From Naegleria gruberi (lineage: Eukaryota): a DNA stretch of 64,000 nt. The stretch lies in NCBI GenBank assembly GCA_000004985.1, contig GG738856.1. One strand, given 5' to 3'. Of the stretch, positions 47,201 to 59,200 are shown one piece after another. Positions within the stretch are counted from its first letter, which is position 1; each line of letters begins with the position of its first letter. The notes under the pieces were generated by a model. That model was not told where the DNA came from and made no database searches. It worked only from the letters and a program-made list of their open reading frames with translations. Position numbers and translations under genes: made by a program.

Positions 47201-50200
47201 ATTACTGATACAGTAGAAGAAAACTTGAAGAATCTTGCTAGAGCTATCAAGACTAACAAGTACCCTGTATTACTTCAAGGTCCAACTTCTGCTGGTAAGA
47301 CTAGTATGGTTCAATATCTTGCTAAAATGACTGGTCACAAATTTGTAAGAATTAACAATCACGAAAGTACTGATCTTCAAGAATATTTTGGTTCTTATAT
47401 TACCAACTCTCAAGGAAAACTTGTCTTCCAAGAAGGTATCCTTGTTGAAGCTGTTAGAAATGGATATTGGTTAGTTTTGGACGAATTGAACTTGGCTCCA
47501 TCTGATATTTTAGAAGCTCTTAACAGATTGCTTGACGATAATAGAGAATTGTTCATCCCAGAAACTCAAGAAACTGTCAAACCACATCCACATTTCCAAC
47601 TCTTTGCCACTCAAAACCCTCCAGGTCTTTATGGTGGTAGAAAGGTTTTATCTCGTGCTTTCAGAAACAGATTTTTGGAACTTCACATTGATGAAATTCC
47701 AAGAGGTGAATTAGTGACTATTCTTCACAGAAGATGTCAAATTTCTAACCAACATGCTGAAAAGCTTGTTTCTGTTATGAGAGAACTTCAACAAAGAAGA
47801 CAAAGTAGTAAGATTTTTGCTGGTAAGAGTAATATTACACCAAGAGATTTGTTCAGATGGGCTGAACGTATGAAGGGTGCTGATGAAAAGATTAACTATA
47901 ACCAAAATGCTGCTGAAGAAGGTTTTATGCTTTTGGCAGAAAGACTTCGTAGAGATGAAGAAAAGGATATTGTTAAAGAAATTTTGGAAAAGGTTTTCAA
48001 GACTAAACTTGATCTCGAAAGAATGTACAATCCAAAAGAGCTTGATAACTTACAAGTTGCTGGTAGTACTATTGTTTGGACAAAGACAATGAAGAGAATG
48101 TACGTCCTTGTTGGTAAATGTCTTCAATTCAGTGAGCCTGCATTGCTTGTTGGTGATACTGGTACCGGTAAAACAACTGTTTGTCAAGTTTATGCTGATA
48201 TTTATGAACAACATTTGAGAATTCTCAATTGTCACCAACATACCGAAACAAGCGATATCTTGGGTTCTCTTCGTCCTGTAAGAGGTAGAGAAAAGTTAAA
48301 GATAGAATTAGAAGAATTAATAGAAGAATTTATTACCACAGCTAATACTAAATACTCACTCGATATTAATTTTGGTAACGAAACAAGTATTGGTAAGAAA
48401 GTCAAGAGATTGGAAGATATTTGCAAAAAGCTTGCTAAGGAAAGAAAATTAGCAGAACCTCAAAAGAAAAAGCAAAAGAATGAATTTAAGGAAAAGGAAC
48501 TATTGGAAAAACAATTGATTATAAGAGATATCTATCAAAAATGGAAGGCTCTTTTCACTTGGTATGATGGACCTCTTGTTCAATCAATGAAGAGTGGTGA
48601 AATTTTCCTTATTGACGAAATTTCTTTGGCTGAAGATGCTGTTCTTGAACGTTTGAACAGTGTATTGGAACCTTCAAGAGAATTAACTCTCCCAGAAAGA
48701 GGATCTGAAAAGATCGAAAGTATTGTTGCTCATGATAAGTTTAGAATTTTGGCAACAATGAACCCTGGAGGTGACTTTGGTAAGAGAGAACTTTCTCCTG
48801 CTTTGAGAAATCGTTTCACTGAAATTTATGTTCCAAGTTTGTCTGTTTCTGAAGACTTGGCTATTATTGTTGCAAGCAAATTAGATCAATCAATCAAGAG
48901 TTTTAATACTAGAATGGTTGAATTTGTTCAATTCTTCAAGTCTAAGAGAACTAAGAGATTGTTGAGTGTAAGAGATGTCATTTCATGGGTTCAGTTTATG
49001 AATATGGCTGTTGCTAAACTTGACATGGATGCATATGGTGCCTTTTTACACGGTGTTGACACAGTTATCTTGGAAAGTATTGGTGTAGGTACTGACTCTT
49101 CTGCCAAGAACAGATTATTGCTCAGAAAGGAATGCTTTACTTTCTTACTTGATAAGATTGCTCAAGAAAATGTTTTGAGCACTGAACAACTCGAATATTA
49201 TAGAGATGTTTTCCTCAATGAAAACTACACTGCCATTAGAAGTAACAAGACCAAAGAATCCTCAGAATACTTTGGATATCATCCATTCTATGTTAAATGT
49301 GGTGAAAGTAGTGAAAGAAAGATTGTTTATGCTTTGGATGCTCCAACTACTGGCAGAAATGTCATGAAGGTCCTCAGAGCTATGCAACTCAGAAAGCCAT
49401 TACTTCTCGAAGGTAGTCCTGGTGTAGGAAAAACATCTTTGATTTCTGCTATTGCTAAAGCATCTGGTCACAATATTGTTAGAATTAACTTGAGTGAACA
49501 AACAGATATGATGGACTTGTTAGGTACTGATTTGCCTGTTGAAGGAAGTTCTGGAGGTCAATTCAGATGGTGTGATGGTATCTTCTTGAGAGCTTTACGT
49601 AATGGTGATTGGGTTTTGTTGGATGAATTGAATCTTGCATCTCAATCAGTTCTTGAAGGTTTGAACTCTGTTTTGGATCACCGTGCTGAAATTTATATTC
49701 CTGAAATTAACGAAACTGTTAAATGCCCAGAAGGTTTCCGTATCTTTGCATGCCAAAATCCTTTACAACAAGGTGGTGGTAGAAAGGGTTTACCAAAGTC
49801 ATTCCTCAATCGTTTCACTCAAGTCTATGTTGATGAATTGAGACCAGAAGATTTGACTTTCATCCTTAATTCTATTCATGGTGATATTGGAGAAGAAAAC
49901 ATCAAGTTGATGATTGACTTTAACAGAAAAATGCACAAAGAAACCATGGAGCTCTATCGTTTTGGTAGAAAGGGAAGCCCTTGGGAATTCAACTTGAGAG
50001 ATGTTTTCAGATGGTGTGAATTATTGAAGAAGGAAAGAGAATTGAACAAGGACTGTACCAAACCAATTGATCCAATGAGAATGATCGATTGTATGTACAA
50101 GCAAAGAATGAGAACAGTAGAAGATCGTAAACATGTGGAAAGAGTTTACAAGGAATTGACTGGAAAGGATTTCCCTTGTGAAACTAATCCAACATATACC

Positions 50201-53200
50201 ATCACTCCTGGTGCTGTTCAAATTGGATCTTCTATTTTGTTAAAGAATAGTTCATTTGACGATTCTGATAAGGATAACCATGCCCCAAGTACATCATCAC
50301 AAGATTTGATCTTGTTGCAATCCTTCTTGAACCCACTCGAAAATATTATGAAATGTATTGAAATGAACTATTTGACTATTGTCAATGGTCCATCTGCTTG
50401 TGGTAAAACTTCTATTGTTAGATTGATTGCTCAAATGACAGGAAATATGTTAAGTGAATTCTCTATGAGTAGTTCCACTGATACTGTCGAACTTTTGGGT
50501 GGTTTTGAACAAGTAGATCCTATTCAAAAAGTTAGAAAGATTGCCAGTTTTATTAAGATTAAGATTGATGAACTCGCCAGAATTGCATTCTTAAATGATG
50601 AAAATCTTAGATTCGATGCTCTTAAGTTGTTGTATAACCAATGGACAACTTATGATGCAACTGCTAAGAAGGATGCTTCATTCTCTGGTATTGAACAATT
50701 GAAGAGTATGTGTGAAACTCTATTCGATAACTTGGAATATCAAAGTGATGAAAAGCAAGCTATTATTCAACAATTGGATAATTTAAGTAAGCTTTTGGAA
50801 ATGGGTGTTAAAGGAAGATTTGAATGGAACGATGGTGTTTTGATTCGTTCTTTGGAAGCTGGTAACTGGATTCTCATTGACAATGTTAACTTCTGTAATC
50901 CAACCGTCCTTGACAGATTGAATTCTCTCTTGGAACCTGAAGGTGTTTTGGTTGTGAATGAAAGAGGTTTGGTTGATGGAGAAATCCGTATTGTTAAACC
51001 ACATCCACACTTTAGAATTTTCATGGTTATGGATCCAAAATATGGTGAAATTTCTAGAGCTATGAGAAACAGAGGTATTGAAATCTCAATGTTCCCAATT
51101 ACTATTCCTTCACAAGATGCTTTTACTCTCTTGGCTAATAATGGTGTACCATCTGCACATTTGTGTAATGTTCTCATGGACTATCACGCTAAATTCACTC
51201 AAAAGATCTTTTTACCAGAAGAAGATCGTCCAACTATTCGTGACTTGTTGAGATGTGCTGAAGTATTCAACTCTGAAGTTAAGCAAGGTTTGAACATTAC
51301 AAATGCTTTCAAGGCTGCTATTTCTTGTGTTTACATTAGAAGTAGATGTTCTTCAAAGTCAGCTGTCGATATTGCTGAAAGTGAATTAGAGGAATGTGCC
51401 AAGCAATTACCAAGAAATGATCATGGATTCCCATCAACATTTGTTGCTGCTAATGCATTCAAGTGCGACAAATCTTTGTTCAGAACAGTTTTTAGACAAT
51501 CTGCCAGATTGTATGATATTATCAGAAATTATCTTAGTCTCAAAGTTGCTGAATCAAATGATCATAATGATAGCACAAAGAAACTTCTTGATTCACTTAA
51601 ATGGAAGATTCTTGTTACTGATTTACCACCTCATTTCTTGCAAACAAATGATGTAGAAAAAACTATCATTTCAGCTGATGTTATGGATACATCTTCAACA
51701 TCAAACTTGATTAATGATATGCAATATGCTTTGGAATACTTTATTGATGTTTCCTCATTCAAAGATATTGATATTAGAGTAATTTGGTTGCAAAGATTAC
51801 TTACTCTTTGTAAATCTGATAAGATTCTTGAAGAATTGTTAACAAAGGGTATTGAATTGTTGAATACGAGAAAGGGTTGTGAAGTTTCAAAGAAAATTCA
51901 AAAGATATTCAAGAATATGCAACAAACAGTCACTCAAAGATTCTCTGAGATTATTGCTTCTCAACCAATGAACTTGAAATATAGCGAGCAATTGTTTGCT
52001 AGACTCCAATATTTGGGATTGATTAACGAACAGGATAATTATGTTTTTGATGCTGCAACTATTTTAACATCTCAACAAAAACGTAAATACGAAGAACAAC
52101 AAAGTATTGCTGTTGAATTCCAAGGTACTATTGTTGAAAATAAGTCTTCATTGCTTCATCAATCATATTATTACCATCTCAATCCAAAACACAGAAGTAC
52201 AGCACCAAACAGAGTTGTTGTACATCTTTATACTTTATTTGTTCAAATTGATGAGCTTGTTGATGCCATTATGAATTCTAAAGTTGACGAATCTGTTTGT
52301 AGTTTGGATGATATTAGTGGCATGTTGAGATGTAGAGACAAGTTGTGGTTCTATTTATCTCATACTGCTGAGCTTTCTGAAGAGTTCTTTATTTATTGGA
52401 ACTGGTTAGCCAAAGAATTCTTAAAGGTTAAAGTCAAGAAGCCTGCCACTTCTGGAAAGAAGAAGAATATTTCTGAAACACCATATGGACTCTATGAACA
52501 ATTATGCACATTCATGGGTGAAATTGATGGTTTGGTTATTAGCAACTTTAACAGTGTTGGAAAGAAGAATACTTTATACAAGAATTGTGGTAAACCTACC
52601 ATTTCTCTTTCAGTTGAATTGAAGGAAATCGAAGATACTATTACTAATTATCTTTCAGTTAATACCTCTTCAAATACTGAATCTAAGGAATTGAAGCAGT
52701 TGGTTTATAATGCTATGAGTACTGTCAAGTTACTTCAACAAGAACCTAATCATCCAGACCAAGAAAAGCTTCTTCAATATGTTAGAACTGTTCCAGAGCT
52801 CTTAGAAAAGGCTAAACCAAAGGAGCAAGAAATTTCTGAAGACGTTTACACACCATACAAGGAATTGGCTACCAAGTCAGAACAAGAACTTGTTATGGAT
52901 AAGATCTTCCGTGATATTGCTGAATTTACTGCTCCTGACAAGAAGCACATCAATGCTGCTTCTTTGCACTCCACACAAGCAATTTCTCCATTGTTTGACT
53001 ATAAGAGTATGCATCATGAAATGAATGTAGTAACTTTGCTTTCAAAGATTGGCTACATTCTTAAACGTCTTGATGCTTCTTCAGATGTTAAGGAAATTAA
53101 GCGTTTATTGTCAACAGCTGTTGCAAAGGGAAGACATTTGATTGACTTTATCTTGCAAAACTGTTCTCGTGGTCCACTTGATCTCGTTCCATATCAATTA

Positions 53201-56200
53201 TTGTTATGGAGAATTTCTAACTTGGAAACAAACTCTGCTGATGAAATTAAGAAGATTGCCTTAGGCATTCCTTCATTGCTTCACTTTGTATGGATTTACT
53301 GGAATGAAAGAGTTTGGGAAAATACCTACAATACATCCATGTTTGAAAATTCTGATTCTACTGAAACTCCAGTTTCGAGAGATGATCTTGCTGGTCCAAA
53401 CAGATTATTCCAAGATGTTAACTCTGTGCACATTTTGAAATTGTTGAGTGGTTGGGAAAATATTCCTATTCGTTCAAGACATATCAAGATTGACCAACTT
53501 AAGAAGGTCGTACAATTCATTTGTACAAATGTTGATAATGTACAATCTGAAGAAGTAGATTGGAATAATCTTGTTTATTTGTATTGTGATACTTTGTTGA
53601 GTTTCAAGAAGAGCTTCCCAGAAGCATCTTTCCAACTCTTGTTAGATATTACTGATTCTTTGTGTGCAACTAAACAAGCTTCCGTCCAAGATCTTACTAA
53701 GATTATTGAATCATCAAATGATGGAAGATTGAAGGCTAAGAAAAATGATATCATTTCTGTTTGCAATCTCATTTGCACAAGAGATGAAGATAAGAATAAG
53801 GATTTGATGAATCGTGGTTTGGCTTGGTTAAAGTTGGGTGAAACTAGAATGAATTTGTTCATTCCAGCCAATTCTTTGGATCCAACTTTGAAGTATGCAA
53901 TTTATGATAAGCATCTCAAGGAAGATATTCAAGTTCTTCAAGGAAAACTTGAAATTATGACTTCTATTGAGCGTTTCATTAGCGGAAGTGGTAGAAATAT
54001 CATTTCTGACAAGATTGAAAAGGATATTACAAATATTCAATCAATTGTTGATAAGATAACTCCAAAGGTTATTAACAGACCAACTAATATTTCATTCATT
54101 GATATGTATCGTGAAATGAAGAGTTTGGCTGACCAACATGAAGTTATCAAGAACTTGTCTAATAGTTTGATAAAGTTCTTTGAAAGTGATAATGATGACA
54201 AGCAAGATATGGTTGCTGAACTTATCAATAAGGAAGAATCCTATCAAGCAAACAGCCACTCTCACATTAAATCAAAGATCTTGAAGAATTCGTTTGGTTT
54301 TGAAGATTTGGCATTGCCATTTGCTTCATCTGCTTATCATATCAAGTACGGTTTGAGATTATTATGTTATGGTTCACTTGCTAAGAAGGATGAGTCTGAA
54401 CAAAATACTGTCAATCAAATTTTGAACCATCTTCTCTCCTTCCCATCTTGTAACTCGGTTCAAACTATTGAAGATGATTTGGCTATCGTTCAACAATGGC
54501 TCAAGTCTATTGAAAACTCTGCCAATACACAATCCAAGTGTAAGCAATATGAAACAGCTACCAAGGTTTTGCGTGTCTTGATGTCCAGATGTTTGTTGAT
54601 TACAGTTTCTCAAACTTCCAGCCAAGACAATACAATCCATAACCTCCAATTATTGAACCAAGTTTTCGTAATGTACTCTAACTTGTTCGAATCTGTTGAA
54701 GATGAACTTGAAAAGAAGAAGGCTGAAGAAGACAACTTCTACAAGTACAAGGAAAGAAAGACAACAATCGAAACTGAAGAAGAAATTTTGGAAGAAGAAA
54801 TGGAAACCATGTTCCCAACTTATAGCGAAGATTATTCTCAATTCAATGCACCAACCGAGGAAAAGAATATTATGAATTTGTCAGAGAAGAAGGAATCCTT
54901 GATATCTGAAAAGTCACTCTTGGAAAGAGTTAACAAGGTTATTCATGATGAAAGAGAAATTGACTACTTGGTTCGTACTCACAAGGATATCTTCTCCTTC
55001 ATCTCTTCCTCTAGTCAACTTAGACCTGTTGATACTATTGACACTATTAGAAATAAGATGTTTGACGAATCCTTTAATGTAGCTGTTCATATCATTAACA
55101 CACTCAACGGAAAATACCAAATTGATATGACTTCTTCAGGATATCTTCCACTTGTTCTTTTCGGAAGTAGAGCATTGAATAATCTCTGGGTTAAGGTTGA
55201 TAATTCAAAGGAAGCTAAACTCAAGGCATACAGTGAAGTTTACACTGAACCAAATATTCCAGAAATTACTCTTGCTTTCAGCACTCTCTTCAGTATGCTT
55301 CAAAGATTGAACTTCTTGATCAAGAAGTACAGTACTGAAGAACAAAAGGGTCACCCAATCCTTGTAGAAATGGTCAAGATTATTGAACATATTCTCAATC
55401 AACCAATTACTAGTCCAATCATTAAGATTCTTACTGGTCTTGAATTAGTATTAATCAAAGCTGGTGAATGGGAAGAATATCTTACAGCTCATGTAAATTC
55501 TTTGAAGGATGAAATTAGAAAATTATCTGGTCTCATTATTAGATGGAGAAGAATGGAATTAGAAAACTGGAAGGGTATTTATGATTTGAAGAATAGAGAA
55601 TACAAGAACAAATCTATTAATTGGTGGTTCAGATTCTACAATATGATTTGTAATAGTAGTTTCAAGATGGAAGAACTCACCAAGATCATTGAAGACTTCT
55701 TTGGTATTTGTGATGACTTTATCAGAACATCAACCATTGGTGACTTTGAATATCGTCTTGGATTGTTGAATAACTTCTATCAACATTTAGCTGCAGAAAT
55801 TGAAAGAAAGTATTCTGATGATGTAGAAGTTAGAACTAAGATTAGAGATATTATTTTCAATTTGCACAAGTATTATTCTCAATTCTCCGGTAAGCTTGAA
55901 GAAAGACTTGACCAAGAAAAGCAACCTTTGGAAACTAAACTCAGAGACTTTATCACTCTCACTAAATGGGAAGATGTAAATATTGATGCCATCAGATTCA
56001 CAACTAAGAAGTCTAGAAGAGCCCTTGCTAAATTCTCTAAAGGTTTTGGTGAAGTTCTCGTCAAACCAGCTAGAGATTTGTGGGACAAGTATGATGAACT
56101 TGCTGCTGCTTCTGAAATTATCCAAGAATCTGAGAAGAAGCCTAAGAGAAAGAGCAAGAATAAGAAGATCAAGAAGAGAAAGAATAAGAAGTTTATTGCT

Positions 56201-59200
56201 GATGAACCAGACGACATTATTCAACAAACTATGAACAGAGGCAAGAATCTTATCAAGAGCCACGAATTTAAGAATTGTCTTTCATATACCAAAAAGGAAA
56301 AGGAATTGCTTTCTGTTATTGAAAAGGAATTTATGGAAGATTCCAAGAATGTTGTAGATAGACTTCCAGTTATTTATGAATTGGTTGGAAAGAACTTTGA
56401 AAACTTGATCATCAAGAGTGCTGTTCCAAAGGAATTTGATGCTGTAACAAGCAATATTGAAGATTTTAGTGTTGAAATTATTGAACAAACCCAACTTCTC
56501 AACAAGGAAAATTCTCCAAAGAGTATGAAATTGAGAGCTCTCGTTACTTTGTTGACAGAACTTAAGGAAATGGGCATTTCCTACTTGAAGAAGAGTGTTG
56601 GATCTGAAACTGCTATTGACAAGATTTTCCAAATTCCAGATGTTGGATTCTCATTGAATAACCTCACTTCAAATGATGTTCAAGAAGTTTTCAAGAAGGC
56701 TGATGACTATTACTTTAAGAACATTTTCAGTGTTCAAAACTTTAAACTCACCTTTGAAGGCGAAGTTTCTGGTGATATCAAGTCTCAACAAACCAAGATG
56801 AGAGGTTATCCAGACAATTTGTTCTTCCTCACAATGAAACACAGAAGAATCTTGGGTACTATTGAAGCAAGCCAAAAAGCTAATAAGTCTTTCCTTTCAA
56901 CCTTGAAACATTTGAAGCAAAGCTTTGAAAATGAAAAGGATGAAGGTGTTATCATTTCACAAAGCAAGGCTAGAGAATTGTTGAATGTACAATCAGGATA
57001 TGTCTTTAGACTCTATGAATTGGTTGCCCAAATCACTTCTCTATACACAGCTCTCTCAAAGCATGATAGTGCTTATGATAAACCTTTGAAGACTATTGAA
57101 GATGCCAAGAGTATCATTGATAGAAGCGTCGATCTTTTAGAAAGAATTATGAATAGAACTCAACTCTTCAGTACTAAGGATTTGAAGGAGCTTTCCGAAA
57201 ATCTCGAGACTTTGCAAAACGCTAGAGGTATTCTCAACAAGTTTGTTTCTGAAACCTCTGATCTTCCAAAATCAAAGGAATTGATTAGTCTTGTTGAAGA
57301 GTTTGATCAAGTCAAAACTACCTATGAATCAATTGTTGCAGAAGAAGCCAGTAATAACAAGTTTGATTTGGCTTCTATTTCATCATTTGCCAAGCTTTAC
57401 AAGCATGCTGTCAAGTCTATTCAATTGACTATCCAAGATTTGGTAAAGGCTTGCTCTGAAGAACAAGTTCAATATGAAGAAACTATGAAATCAGCCTCTG
57501 AAGAACTCAAGAATAGAAAGAAGGAAGATGATGAAGAAGATGACACTTACTCTGCTTCTTACTTGAGCAAGAATAACTCCATTCAAAGACTTGAAGAATT
57601 TATTGATAGATGTCATGGAGTTATCACTACTGGTTTGGCCAAGATTAACAAGGACATTTCTGGAATGATTGAATTCATCGTTGACAATAGTAAGAATTCT
57701 CAAAACATTACAAACAGTCTTACAGAATTGTTGAGTAACTTAGCTCCATTATTGCAAAGATTGGATGGTGTTGTTGATACCCTCAAGATTCCTCTTGTTT
57801 ATTATCACAAGAGTATTTCCAAACTCACTTATGTTCTCCTCAATATCTTCTCAACTTTGTGCAAGCAAGGTTTCTGTGGTAAGGATGACGAAGAACAAGG
57901 TGAAGGAGAAAGTGATGGTGTTGACTTTAGTTCTGGTACTGGTATGGACGATGGTGAAGGTATCAATGATATTGGTGATCAAATTGACAATGAAGATCAA
58001 TTATTGAACGAAAAGGATAAGCAACAACAAGAAGGTAATAAGGACCTTGAAAAGAACGATAATGCTATCGAAATGGACGGAGACTTTGAAGCTGAAAAGC
58101 AAGAAGTTGACGAACAAGAGGATGATGAGGAACAAGATCAAGATGAAGAACAAGATGAAAATAAGGAAATGGGTGAAATAGATGAAGATGATCCAAATAA
58201 GGAACAACTTGATGAAAAACTCTGGGACGAAAATGAAAATGACAGAGATGACAAGACTGAAGAAGGTTCCGATAAGAATGACAATCCTCAACAACAAGAT
58301 AGCGAACTTCAAGCGCAAGAAAATGAAAATGATGATCATCAACAAGATAATAGAAAGGACAAGCAAAAGAAGGATGACAAGCCAATGGAATACGAAGAAG
58401 ATGAAGAAGCTGTTGAACAAGAAGAATTCGAAGATAATATGGATGATAAATTCAATGATGAATTCCAAGACCAAGATAAGGATGGTGAAGATCAAGATGG
58501 AAAAGACAATGATCAACAAATGGATGATTTGGAAATTTCTGAAGATGAACAAGAAGGCGATGAAGAAAATCAAAATGAACAAGAAGGTGATGAAGAAAAC
58601 AAGGATGGTGAAGATAAGGAAGAAGGAGACAATGAAGATGCTGACGGTGATGAAGACTTGAAGAAGAAGAAGGATGAAGAAATTGATGAACAAGTTGACA
58701 CCGAAGATATCGCTCCAGAAGACCAAAATATTAGTGGACAAGATGAAGACAATCAAGATGCTATCGATCCAAACTTGGAATCTGAAAACAAACAAGAAAA
58801 GGACGAAGATGGCAATGATGACGAAGATGGTGAAAAGGAAAATGAACAAGAAGAGGAAGAAAAGGCCCATACTGCAGAGGAAGAAGCTGATTCTAAGGAT
58901 CTCAAAGAAACTCCATTTGGTGTTAAACAAACTGCTGGTAAAGCTTCTGATATTAAGGAAGATTCAGCTGAAAATGAACAAAGACAAGAAAAGAAGAATA
59001 ACAATGCTGAAGAAAGTGGTAAAGACACCAATAAGAATGAAATGGGTGAAAGTATGGATCAAGGTACTGATAATAATGCTGACCAAGAGCCAGAATCCGG
59101 CCAAATGCAAATGGATCCAAATCCTCTCAGAAGCTTGGGTGATGCCATGAAGAATTGGAAGAAGAAGCTCAACCTCGTCGAGAGAAACAAACAAGAAAAT

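Noticed and set aside
58001-58930. 309-aa F/I/L-rich ORF and several shorter ORFs antisense to midasin (57.5-59.7 kb)
   Set aside because: They are mirror images of the GAA/GAT-rich D/E linker coding sequence. The composition is implausible for a real protein and there is no independent start context.
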